This document shows positions 25,370 to 40,349 of a stretch of 64,000 bases of DNA, piece after piece; the first letter of the stretch is position 1, and the number at the start of each line of letters is the position of its first letter. Where the stretch lies: contig NC_045696.1 of the NCBI RefSeq assembly GCF_009834535.1, forward strand, positions 60,390,001 through 60,454,000, read 5' to 3'. Below the pieces are notes generated by a model, which saw nothing but the letters and a program-made list of their open reading frames with translations, was not told where the DNA came from and ran no database searches. The translations under genes and the position numbers were made by a program. The stretch comes from Camelus ferus (Eukaryota).

Positions 25370-26410
25370 CAGATGAGAAAAGTCAGGTCTGAGTTTGAGT
25401 CCTGGATCTTCCTTTCCACTATGTGATATTGTCTGAGGTCTTCAATGTGTCTGAGTCTCAGTGTCCTCATTTGTAATGTGGAGTTAGTGATACAACCCAC
25501 CAAGCCTGCCTGGCAAAGTTGTTATGAACATTCTAGAATTTTGCTGGAGATTGAAATCCAATTCAGCTATCCATTGTTTTCAAAATCCACTCTTTTCCCT
25601 CTCATTTTGAAATTCACATGATAGGTTTCCTGGCCCCACTTGCTGCTATCCGCAGTCTCAAACTCCCCAGCAGTGCTTCCTTCACACCACCTGCAAGCTC
25701 TCTGCACCCTCAGGTGTAACTCATAGGGCCTGGGCGCTCTCTTTCAACCATATTCACCAGACATCTGTTGAGTGCCAAGCACTGCACCAACGCTGACACA
25801 CAATGGGAGCAAGATGGCTCTGGATGGGCAGGAAATGAAATCAAATTCTCACACAAATAAGCAGATCACTACAAACAGCCAACTATGCTAGGAAAGAACT
25901 GCATGGGGTGGTCCAAGACTCTGAAATGGTTCTGGGCAGGGGTAGTGGTGGGGGTTGCAGGTGGCACAGGGGGAGGGTGGTTATGACCTGATCAGGGAGA
26001 TTAGGATAAGCTTTTCTGAGAAAGTGATGCTGGGGCTGAATCAGGGTTGGGGGTGGGGGGAATATAGAAAACTGTGTCATTGTGGCAGAAGGGGTCATAA
26101 GCAAGTATGAGAGGCTGAAAGCAGTTCAGCAGTGAAGAGCAGAGAGGATGAGAGGCTCACTGTGGGGGAGGCTGGGGCTATGAGCAACAACCAACCATGC
26201 AGGACCAAGGTAAGGAGCTTCGTATTTATCCAGGTAGCAACTGAGATGCTTCTGAAGGTTTGCGGCATGGTTGCTATCTGGAGAAAGTACTGGAGGCCAA
26301 CAAGACTCGTTGTGCAGAAACTTGCAGGAGACCAGGCAAGACTTGAGGGTGGCTTGGGCTGCAGAAGTGGCAAAGAGAGGGAGTGTTTGAGAGAATTTGA
26401 GGAATATTCA
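25370..26410. mobile_element. MIR (~25370-25530) followed by an L2 relic (~25740-26410)
   Basis: ctgagtctcagtgtcctcatttgtaatgtgg (MIR core); cttttctgagaaagtgatgctggggctga and gagaccaggcaagac...ggtggcttggg (L2). Confidence 0.6.
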
Positions 26411-29400
26411 CAACTCACTGCATCTGTGAGTTGCCAGTCTGACTGATGAGATCATAGTACATTTATTGAGCCACACCCAGCAGTGAGCAAGGTCACTTTC
26501 CATTGACAGGCCAGATGTGTGGACATGGTTCTTTTTAGCTCTTTCCTTTCTTTGTTCCTATGCAACTGAGGTGAGGAAAGGGCTGGGACCCACTTGTTCA
26601 TTGATGAAATCCTGGCTGGCTTGCTCTTTACTCTTCTCATATATTGAGATGCCCTCATTTCTCTGGGTTATAAGGTGCCAAGGGGAAGGAAATGGCTCTA
26701 GAGGCCTGTAGTCCTGGCCACATACTCTGGCCCATTTGTACATGAAGGCTGGGAAACAGGTCCAACACATGAGAAGATACCTTGTTTCCTACTAGCCATT
26801 GATTCTTTCATGCATCTCCTTTGGGGATCTTGTTTGGAAGTTTGTAGTCGAGTGCAGAAATCTAGCATCTCCAGGCTCCCTGATCACAGCATCACCTTAA
26901 TGCCATCCATCCTCCACACCATTTCTGATACCTTCACTGCTAATGCCTCTTTTATTCTCTAACATTGTTCATTCATTCACTCAGATCTACTTATGTGTGA
27001 GGGATGGTTCTACATTCTGTGAACAAAAATGCCCTCAAGAAGCTTACAAACTAATCCAGGAGTTCCACAATCTTTTCCTGATGAACAATGTTTTGAATTC
27101 TCCTGAAATGTTAATACTAAAAAAGGTAAGATAAATAAACCTAACTTGCATGGAAGGCTGGGCACCACACACCATCCATCAGCTGTTTCTGCTGTAGGTA
27201 TACCTGTTATGGCACATATAGCCACTCAGAAGAAGAAAACAAAGGAGGTAGCAGAGAATAAACAGAAATGGTGGAAGGAAAACAAATGTAAGAGAAAAAG
27301 GTGAGGGAGCAAGCCCACTGCATCCACACAGACACATGTGCCTGCCTCCTGCCTGGTGAAGCTGGCCGCAGTGCTCCAAACGTCCAGGACTTTTGTTTTT
27401 GCCTCCTGGGCAGCCAGGTTCCTGTTCATGACTAGCCAATAGCTTGGGATTCAAAAGTCCAATATGTTCTTGCTTTTGTGGGATGATGTTTCTGCCTTTT
27501 TTTTTTTTTTCCCTCTGCATGTCTAGTGACTTTGTTTTTCATTCACTGCAATATACAGTGTTCTCCACAAGGTCCCATCCCTTTCAGGGTCTCTGATAAT
27601 GGAATCATAAATTTACAAAATTTCTGTCACTTCAACCTCACTAACTAGTTATTCCTTGTTGGTCAGTTAAATCCAGACAGGCAGATCCTCTCAGATGTTT
27701 CTGAAAGATGATATTGTCAGCAAGTCAGGAATTTATTCCATTTGCTGCTTTTCATGAAACGAAACTTCCAACACTTGTCCAACTCTGTTCTGCCTTGCCT
27801 TTGTGCCACTTCTGAAATCCAAACTAGGGAACATTTGTGCTTTTACAGTTTACATATTATCTCAAATAATTTGATATTCACAGCAGCTCTCAAAGGGATT
27901 TTTATTATCCCCATCTTACGGGTGAAAAAACTGAGACTCAGGAAGGATAAGTGACTTGTACAACGTTATATAGGTAGATCAAGGCAGAGCCACAACTCGA
28001 AGGTCTACGTCCCTTGCTCATTTCACTGCTCCTTATCTGCCCATGCAGCCTGCAGAACATCACCAGCTACAGTCCTCCATCTCACAATCCTCCTCAGCAA
28101 AGCCATGCACAGCTCATTGAAGCTGTCCAGTGCAGCACTGGTTACGCTGCCTTTGAGTGCCGTCACCTGCTCTCAAACCACGAGGGCCAACTCCACAAAC
28201 TGCACAGGCAAGGGCTCCCAGCCAGTGTCTCCTGTGGAGTCCCCAGTTGTTCTGAAAGCATCTACTCAGTTGTGTCCTCTTTTTAACATTTAATTTTGTG
28301 CTCTAGCTATCAGTCTTAACCTTCATATTGTCACCGACAAGCTACGTGACAGTGCAGGAGTTCCCATAAAGAAACAAAGGAAAACCATCATATTGGAGGT
28401 TTAAAGGGAAATTTTTACAGTGGCCTGAACACCTTGAAGAAAATGGTTAAGGAAAAGAGAACACCAGATAATTAGGGTCCTGTGGAGTATCATCGTCTGG
28501 GTACTAACCAACAGTGCATGATTTCAACAGGTTTAAAATGCCATTCCGTGAAGGATGTGCTAGAATGACTAAGAGCACTGGTTTTCCTGCTTTCAGGAAA
28601 GCATCCTCCAGCATCCATTCCCAACACCCCACTGAAATATAGGTGATCCTCTAGTGCATTTTCACCCTCAGGTTTGTGAATCCCTATAGTGGTAATCTTC
28701 CATTTCTGTTAACAGGTCAGTGCTTCTGAACAAAGCCTACTGTCTCATTTCCATGGCCCAGGACTGAATCCTATTCATAAGTTTAATATTTTAATTAGGG
28801 GATGATTTTTTAAAAATGCCTTCCATTTCCACTGTATCTGTTTGTATGTATTTCCTATCTTCTAGATCTTATTTATTCAACTTGTCTAGAAAATACCCTA
28901 AAATGAGAAACACTACTACTTACCCATTTGTTAAGTAGAACAGCACTCAACATAACACTGAATATTCGCTTTAATAATCTAAGGTACAACAATATTGCAT
29001 CCTGCAACTGATACCATTATACCATTCAGATACTCAAATAAAGAAGCTAGTAGCCTCAACCATTTATTATTTGCATCTAGCACAATGCCTGTTACAAAGT
29101 AGGTGATCAGTGCTGAATACTATGCCCCAGCAAGGATTCAGATCAACAGAAAACACAATTACTATCACAAATTACACATTCTTTGGTCCCCCTCACCACT
29201 TTGACACAGGCATCATAGTTTCAGAATCTTACTAAGAACGGGAGAAGCTAGGGAAAATTAAGAAAGTTACAACTTTAAAAGTTCATCTGAATAAATGGGT
29301 GGATATGCAAAGGCTCAAATATTCTCTATTTCACAATTCAAGACCATTTCTAAACTTGGATTCTTCTAGTAGTTTGAAAAATCACTTTGAAAATGTCATT

Positions 29401-29784
29401 GTCATTTACAGTATCACATTTCACATCCCAGCTCTTACTCATATGCATATACATCTGCATGAGTGTGTTCATAAAATGTTTTTACTGTAAATGTCCTTTT
29501 AAGGCCATTTGAAAATGACAAAAGAATTAAAATTCTGAGACTCAAAATTTACTTTTAGTTCACTTAAAACTCTTCCACTCCATTGATTCTTTATCCATCA
29601 AATGAATGTAATTGATTCCAATACCATATCAGGTTAATCAAAGCGTGTGGGATTGCTAGCACTCTGCAGAAAAATTTAATTCTATCCAAACATGTAATTA
29701 TAAAAATCTTCATACTCCTTTTGCGCATGATAAAATGTCAAGTAAGACTCAGTAACGTAACACATTAATTCAAGTGATTTCAAT

Positions 29785-29790
29785 TTTATT
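29785..29790 (-). terminator. ZNF148: Candidate distal polyadenylation signal AATAAA of ZNF148
   Basis: tttatt on the + strand; a UGUGUU/U-rich stretch follows ~20 nt downstream on the minus strand. Alternative hexamers occur at e.g. 30479, 30795, 31674, 35066, 35411 and 35986. Confidence 0.55.
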
Positions 29791-29914
29791 TTTTCTCATA
29801 GTCTTCAGAAGGTGGGAGAACTATCATGCAGAGTATCTCACCACCCCTCTCCCTACCATTCCTATCATTCAAGAAAAACTGGGATCTAGGAAACAGAGTA
29901 GTACACTATCAGTG

Positions 29915-30135
29915 GTGTTAACATATACAGTAAGCTAAAGCACCATGCTAATAAAGTCAGGGTCCTGGAACTAACCCCTGCAAAAGCCAATTCGTTTCTG
30001 TTTGTCCCAAGGACCCAAACTGCACTCCTAGCTGCAGACAGCTTTCTTACAAGGTGTCCCACTGGCCACAAGATAGGCAGGGGGAACCGGCAAGGAGGTA
30101 AGTGGATGAAAACAAATCTTCACTAATGGAAAAGA
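29915..30135 (+). mobile_element. Ancient tRNA-derived SINE (MamSINE1-like), antisense within the distal ZNF148 3' UTR
   Basis: Degenerate tRNA-like head (cagtaagctaaagcaccatgctaataaagtcagggtcctggaactaacccc) followed by actgcactccta...ggccacaag...gtggatg...ctaatggaaaa, resembling the recalled MamSINE1 body. Confidence 0.5.
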
Positions 30136-33100
30136 AAATCCCATGTAAGTTAACTGAGTATTATCCATAAAGAAAAAAATCACATATATTCTTAGCTCCA
30201 CATTAGACATATTTCAAGTCTAAAATACTGGATGACAGTTAACATTTGACTCCTGCATTTTAGAACTGCCTAATAGTAACATTCTACACAGAGCTACAGT
30301 AAAGGCCCTGCTGTTACCCAGTTTGTCTAATGAACTGTTAATTCCATTCAGACATCTTTTTTTCTCTTTTTACTATTACTCTTACCATGGTTTTTAAATA
30401 AATTTACCATTAGTTATTTGGTTCAGAATATTGTGAAAAATTCAGCTAGGAAATTATTCATAAAACTGAATTCTGTATTTTATTTTTCAAACAGCCAGTG
30501 TCCACATTTAAAATGCAGAATTTGCAAATATAAATTAGTCTAATAATTCAATTAAAAATAAAACAAAACAACTTCCTTTAGTATCACAATACATAAAATA
30601 GTATTATAAACTCCAAATGGCAAGGTTAACTACATGACAGTAATGCCAGAAGCTGTGAAACTCGTTAAACCTCTTAATGAATAGGTCAGTTTAAAGAACA
30701 TTTCTGTGTTCCATGATTATGCATGAAACAAGCTTTCATTGTATTATAAAGGCTCAGCAATTCATTCATGGCATAATATGGGGTCAAGCAAAATTTTATT
30801 TTTACAATGACAATAAAAAAACGCATTTAAACAACAACAAAAAATCCTCCCAATTGTTTGAAAACAATTCTCTTTGGAAGGTAAAATGTATTTTAAAATA
30901 TATTTACTTACCGAATTTCAATTGCCAGGCTGTTGACTACTGATGTGAAAATTTGTATTTAAAAATATCACAAATATCTTTTTATTTAACAGTGAAAATT
31001 TCAATGTGATAAGTTTCATTGCAAAGCAATTTTCACCTGAGTAGACGTTGAAATTTAGTGCTCATATATTTGGAGGGGAGGTGGGGAAGGAAAAACCCAC
31101 TTGTGTCAGATACTGAGTTTGTCGTTCTTTCACACTGATTTCCCAGGGGGCTGAAGAAACATCGGCTGTGACCTCCCCAGGACACATGACGCTCCCCTTT
31201 CACCTGTAAATTGGTTCTGGCATTTTATAAATTCTCAGTACCCATAATATTGCCGCTTAGTTACGCATTCAAGCTTAGCAACCCAATTCATTCAGTTCTA
31301 TACAACAATGTCTATATTATGTACATGTTTAATTATCAGTTAAGAAATAGAAAATAAAATTTACAGTGATTGAGAAAGGGTCAGAAAACGGGACAGGAAG
31401 AGTAATACTGTATAATCAGAATATCCTATTATCCTACCAGTTTCAATGACAGGGATTTTCCTTTATTAGTTGAAATACAAAGAAGGCATAGGGGATCCCA
31501 GGAAAACACTATATATCAGAAAATTCAACGTGCTCCACCATCAGGATTTCCATTACACATTTAATTTCTTCTGTACAATTTTATAAACTTGTTTTTCTTT
31601 TCAAAATCATCAGATTTCCAGATTAAATTCAGCACTACACAGTATGCCCTTGAAGTAAAATGAGGTTACCTGCTTTATTTGGATACCAAGTTCCCTTCCA
31701 GACAGTATTAAAATAAAGACAATTAAGACTACACAGATAAAATCCAGTATAATTCAAATCCAACAATGAAAAATTTCCCCCATATTGTTGCAAAATTCTT
31801 TCTAGTGAAATGCTTTGCTACAATAATAAAAAGCATACATTACATATAAAAGATACCAGTGTACTAAAAAGTGACAGAAGTGGACTAGCAAATCCTTCAA
31901 AGCACATTATATAAATGACTAGCATTTAAAAACATTTTTCCTATAAAATGTAGGTCATATACATTTATAAATTGGCGGTTTTGTTTCTAAAGCAGTGATG
32001 TGTGTGTTCAAATAGTTAGCTGTTCTGTACAGTATACTAATCTACTCAATTCAAACTACAATAGGTTTGTCTTTCTTTGTATTGAAGTTGAATAAATTCA
32101 TCTGATCAGCTGAGAAATCAAGGTTGAAAAATAAGTATCTAAAAATCAAAGTAGAAAGTTTAGAATTCTTGAAATGTAGCTATTGAAATATGAAGAGAAC
32201 TATTTCACAATGGAGCTGAAGTCACCTCAAAACTTATGGGCTTGAATCTAAAACAGAAACAAATATTAAAATCCAAAGCAAACCACAAAGTTAGGTAGCA
32301 GTACAGAAGCAGGAAAAAAAAAAACACACCCCCTTCCTTCAGTGTGATGGGCACTAAGTTTTGCGGTCTTCCTCCATCTTGCAGAAGAGTGGTAAGGCCA
32401 TTCAATGCTTAGTGAAAATGAGTACAGATGAAGTCAGATTTAGCCTGTCTCCCCTGCAACTTCAATTATGCTGTGTAAACAGTGTTATGTTCCCATAGGA
32501 GGAACAATGGAATTTGCTTATAAAACTGATTAAAGATAATCATTATTAAATGAAATAAAGATAATTAATAACTCTGAAATGTTTTTAGAACTTTCCTGAT
32601 GCTACTTGTAAAGTTAGCACTGCTATGTATTATTGCTTACATACAGTACAACATCATATGCCTTCTAACATAAAGCAGTACTGTGATCTGTTTGTACATA
32701 TTTACAGATTCTTAAAAACAAGCTGTAAAAACATTACATACTTTCAGACAATACAAATTAGCACATTGGTACTCACTTCAAAACAAATGGAATGCATAAC
32801 ATTAATAAACATCATAAAGGAAGACTCACATAAAAGTCCTTGATTGTCAAGACACGTTTATATATAAACTCTAACTGTGCAGAATTAAAGATTCAATCAC
32901 AGGTACATCCTTATTTGATGAACCATATTTACAGCATGGTATTGCATAAAAAAATAAAATAATGTTTACAGGGTTTTACTTTTTTATCCATTGGATTAAA
33001 GAAAGCAACAAACACAACAAGAAATGTTTGTCTGCTTTAGTTTGTTTCCTACCAAAAGTTTAAGTGAAAAAAGGAAACATATGGTTTTTATTTGCAGAAT

Positions 33101-36100
33101 ATAGCAAAAACTGGAAAATTATTTCCCTGAAATAAAGCAATTTGAAACGGAAAAGGTTTAAATTAAATGGCAGAGTCAAAAAGTTGCTCATTGATTATAA
33201 TAGTGCTTCTTCAAGTAAGTATACTGTGAAAAACGAGTTCTAGTTTAAAATGTTCTAAGCCTAAGAAATGTAGTTTTACAGTAATGCCTACTTTTAAAGT
33301 TTCCCGGCTTTTTTTTTTTTTTAAACAGCCCTTTAAAAACCCAAATTAACAAAATGAAAGAAGTGGCAGGATAGCTAACTTAGCTGGCACTTTGCAAGTT
33401 TCTCTGGCCTGTGGAAATGGAAGCCTACCCTGAGCACAAGGCCTCTTTTGCCTCTCAGAACGAGGAAACTTCCTAACCACTGACCACCCTCAGCCAGAGC
33501 AAAAAGGATGGATTCCTACGGTATCAACTAGAAAATCTGCAAGTAGGTCCAAAAAATCTAAGAGCCACTTCAAGTATTCTGAACCAAATGAAATATGTGT
33601 GCAATAAGTTAAAAAATAAAAAACACATACACACACTTTTAGATGTTCCAGAGATATTTCCTCATCTAATGTGGTATTTCCAATCTCCAAATGTGAGAAT
33701 GTGTCCTAAGAAAGCACACCTCACTCACACTTCACCAAGTTTAAGGGTGTAAGAGCATGTTTTCATAGAACAATTGGCTCACCGAGAGAAATGAAAAAAA
33801 AAAATCGCAAAAGGATATCTCATATCCTCAATATTCTGATTTAAAGTAGCACAAAAGGCTACTTGCTTTCTCTATTAATGCCCAGATAGAAATTAAGTAA
33901 CTTTCTGAACCAAAGTGGGGAGATGTTGAGATATTTATCATATGATAAATGCAAGGTAACTCTGGTAGGCATGCAGAATTTCACAGTAAGAGAGCAATGA
34001 CTATACTTAAGTGGTAAGTCAGTAAGTTATGCCAAAGTATCATTTATCTCAAAAATGCTTATAATGTGGTAGAAAAGTCTGCCATTATGTAAAGAAATGT
34101 GTTGAAGACAGGAATACAACACCTGAACTTCTGCTTGCGTGACTGCCACTTTCAAAGGCCTTCCCTCCTTAGCTTCCCCTAACTGCTCAGCAGTAGAGCC
34201 ACATTCTAAAAACTGTGCTGGTGATGTTAACACAAACAAACAAAAAGCTTCATGCTGTACACGTTCTCAACAGAGCAGAAATACTGATTGGGCTTAAAAA
34301 AAAAAAAACAAAAAGCCAACTCAGGAAATAATGCCTACTACCATCCGATAGCAGTACGTGAAAAACACAACTGCCTCCCGAGGGTGAGCACAGTTCCATG
34401 GGCAAGGGCTTGCCTGAATGAAGCCTTCTTGAGGTTGTGATGTGCAACATGACACACACCACTCTTCAGAGTCAATAATGGCAGAAGTTAAATATTTACT
34501 TCAAAGAAGTCTAAAATTCTAGAAAAATTTGGCAGCAAAGACAGCTGTCAAATGGGAGAATACTTCAAGCAAAGTTTAATAACCAAAGTGTAGAGGAAAC
34601 CACATTAAACATAACTTACATTCCTTATCATAAAAACACCAATATATTCAAAATAAATGTAAAAGATGTTAAGGGTGGCTATTTCTTTGTTCCCTTTCTT
34701 TATGAGAACAGTCTTGGGATAACATTAAATAAAAGAAAAAAATAATTTAAGTGTATAACATTCTATACTGAAACAAAGGCTGTAGATCTGTAAGGCCAAT
34801 CTAAAAGTTAGAATGGAAATTAACAGTTTCATCATCCAAGGGTACTAATTTTAGATCATCACTGGTGCTCTATCAATATGTGCATTGTGACAAAGATGGT
34901 GGAAATTTAAAATAAGAAACCAAAAAGTTGGAACAAATTAAGGAAGATAATAAAATCAATATAACTAATGTTAATTTCCAAAAATTAAACTGTCCAAAGT
35001 GTAACTCAAACCATTGTTCTTTAGAAAAGTATATATATAATATGTATATATGTATAAAAGCACTGTTTATTGTACCATGCTGTATCATTTTAAGACAAAT
35101 ATTAAAAAAAAAAACATTCGTGGTATAAGGATAAAGTCTGTAGTTTATTTAGATTTTGAAATGCAACAAAAAGTTTCCGATCACTCATCTAGCTGAAAAA
35201 GAAATTGAAGTTACTAGAATTAGTAAACACTTTTGGTTTGTAAAATTGTAATGAGCAGTGTTCATTAAAAAGTAACTCAAGATAAAATAAGCAATTAAAA
35301 TGCCCATTTCTTTAGTTTCTCTGGATACTGTTTAATTATCCAATCTATCAAGATTCTAGAAAGAGAAGGATTAAACCAGGTTTTACAGTTCCAAAGATAC
35401 CCAATTTCCTTTTATTGCCAAAAATTAAAAATTTCAATTATGAGATGATTATGACACAACCATATCAAACCTAAAAATCTAATTTTTTTTACTCTGAGAA
35501 ATCAAAAATACCAAATAGATTCTAAGTGCTCTATGTTAACTGAAGTGTATAGGTAAAGTAAAATACAATTAAGCTTTAAAATGTGGAATATACATTTTGT
35601 GTAAGCATTATGTTCTTGGGAATGTAATCTACAGAATATCTTTTTACTAAAACTTCAAAACCTTGATACCTGCACATGAAAAATCATAAAAAATATCTAA
35701 GTACAACTGTACAAAGAAACTGACACCAATATGCATACTTTCATAGAGAAGTGAACGCTTCAACAGTTATGCATTTTGGTAAAAGTTTAGAAAGTATGCA
35801 TATTTTAAAAGTAATTAGGCTTTTAAATAGTGGAGTCTTAGACTATCAGATTTTTATTACTTTTTTTTCTCAAAAAAAAAACCATGTCAACATAATGCAA
35901 AATGAAAATCAAGGGTATATGGCATATCGCTCTTTTTAAAAGGTGGTTTCTTGGTTTCTTTTTTTCCCCCTATAGGACATACTAATTTATTTAAGCCATA
36001 ATTCTCTTGACATTTAAACTTATAAGTTCACTCTGTAAAGTATACTCAGATTCCCTGCTGAAGTGCCATGACTATGCTGAAAAACTTAGAAACAGTATGA

Positions 36101-36448
36101 GTAAATTTCACACAATTACTAATCTCCTAAGAATGTACAATGTTATCAGTTAGGAAACAATTGTGCGAAAGTCTTTTTTTTTCCTTTTAAACTTGATGTA
36201 GGTGGAATAGCAAGTTTCTGATCTAAAACAAGTAATGCATTGCTTCTATAAAGGTGACAACATGTAAGGCAGTTCAAAGAATGCTGACTAACCAAACAAA
36301 ATGCAGTTATTGGATTATCTTGCTATTCATATCAGCTTAACTTGTTATAACGCATTGCTCTTAAATCTGTACAGCACTCCATTTTACACAGAGTAACCCC
36401 ACTCTTGATTAATCTGTTCTAAAGTGCCAGTATTATTTACACATTTTT

Positions 36449-38056
<1,608 letters not shown>

Positions 38057-38306
38057 TCAAAGTTCAGAAGTGAGTTTTTTGTTTTAGTTTGTGTTTTGGT
38101 CAACCAAGAAAAGAAAAGAAAAACAGCAATTAATATAAAGATAGATATAATAATATGAGCAATTCCAAACTAATTTGCTGAACAAACTGTCATAAACCTA
38201 ATCAACAACAGTTAGGAAGTTCTTCAAGCAGTTTGAGTAGTACCATTTTCTACATTTATTAGAATTACTTTATAATTTAATTTCAGATAAAAGACTCTCA
38301 ATGTCA

Positions 38307-38531
<225 letters not shown>

Positions 38532-40349
38532 TTACCACAAGAACCTATAAATAAATGGCTTTTAAAGTTGCCATACTCTCCTTTGGGAATAAATTAAATT
38601 GAGTGCTGTTTGAGGACTTTTTTGCTATAAGGAACCATTACTAAGAAGATCAAAAATAGTTGTTACTGATAAAGCTACAGCCTAAGTAAACAGAAGGGTG
38701 TAACAAGAAGTTATCATGAACAATGCTTGTTTGGGAAACTACTTTTTGTACTTTTCATACATTCAACAAAAGTTTACTGAATATGTCTCCTCCACTCATA
38801 ACCCCATTGCAGGAGGTTAAAAGTATAAGATACAAAACTCTTTGTCTTCAAAGAGTTTTGACCTAATTGGGAAAACAAGGTCCACATATTATAAAGAAAC
38901 AACTGACAAAACTATATTCAGCTCTGGTTTACCTTCACAACTTTATATCCCACTGGTTTGCTTCTTAACCTTTTCCTCCAGCCAAATCAATGAACCTACC
39001 ATTTCATGCTTTTCTACTTCTGCCTCGATCCACACTGCTCCTTCAGTCAGGCATGCCCACCTCTATGTGTTCAGGCACTACATTCCCTCCAAGGCCCAAC
39101 CGATCTCCTCTGGGACCCTTTGCCCTATTCCCCCAGAGGAAAGGTATCTTTATCTTCTTGAACTTTAGCTGCATTTCTTCCATGGCACTCATTATTCTCA
39201 TCTTAGTAATTATTTTGTACAACTCTGTTTTTACTAGACTATGTTTCTTTAGGTCATAATCTGGGCCTAAATTATCTTTATGTAGCTCAAAATACTTTGT
39301 GCAATTTTTAAGTACCAAATGAATGGCATAAATGATTATTACAGTGGAATATTAGTGGAAACAATGTTATCATGCACTGGTATGATTTGGAAAAGCTTCT
39401 TGGAAGTATTAGAATCTAAGCTGAATAGTCCTTAAAGAGATTGTGTGTATGTGATTAAAGCCAAGGAAAGAAAATTTAGTGGCGATAAACAGAGCAATCA
39501 AGGGTTTAGATATTATAAAATGTACAGGAGAAGAGAATTTAATCTGGCAACAAGAAAATTATTTCGAACTTTCAAGAACACAACTTTTGTAATTGCTATG
39601 GAGTTAACCAAATTTTAGGGTTGAAGGGATTCTGCAATGGTTTTCAAACTGTGCTCTCAGGGGTTCCATAGAGACCTCCAAAGGCTGATGCTGGTGTGGC
39701 AAATGGTTGGTTCTAAGCTTGTCACCCCAAACTCAGGTCAGAACAGCTCCACTTCTGTACAGAGGCTCTGAGCAAGGACTCCAAGGGTTTAGAGGCTAGA
39801 ATGAGAATCTAACACAACTAATTTAGATCAATTCACTTATTTTATAAAAAAGAAATACTGAAGTGCATAAACATTAAGGTACTTGTCCAAGAGGTTAATG
39901 AGTGAATAAATAATGAAGCAACAAATGCTGGGAGAGAAGATCACTTATTAAGGAGGTTTGGAAGTGAAAGAAATGAGAAAAAGGAGATGAGAAGTAATAG
40001 GAGAAAATCCATTCAAGATTAAGTATTGTTAAGGATGGGGAGATGGATTTATCCAAAGGTAGAGAAGAAGGAACCAGTGAAGAAGAGAAAATGAATATGA
40101 ATACTAACCTAAAACTGAAATAGGATATTATGATGAATAATCAAAAGAACAAGATCCAAAGGAACTAGGATGAAAAGCGAAGGAGAGTACAGGTGTTATT
40201 TTAAAAAGAAGTAAGAACGGGTGCATATTTTGAAATAAAAAATGTCGATGACAGAGCTCATTAATATCATAAGTTAAAGTCATTTCCCCAAAATGAGAAA
40301 GTATGAAAGAGAAAATTAATGAACTGATTAGAATCCAATTAATTCTGCA

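Larger units (their letters stand above)
29765..36448 (-). other. ZNF148: Long AT-rich 3' UTR of ZNF148 (~6.7 kb, nearly transposon-free)
   Basis: Follows the stop codon; lacks recognisable L1/L2/MIR, unlike the flanks; many AATAAA hexamers on the minus strand. The length agrees with the multi-kb ZNF148 UTR recalled for human. The distal end is inferred. Confidence 0.7.

Noticed and set aside
28014..28293. GC-richer unique segment with short ORFs in the intergenic gap
   Set aside because: No recognisable protein similarity, splice structure or poly-A/TSD; a gene or pseudogene cannot be supported.
29915..29985. tRNA-like sequence
   Set aside because: The A/B boxes and cloverleaf are degenerate and it runs into a SINE-like body, so it is not a tRNA gene.
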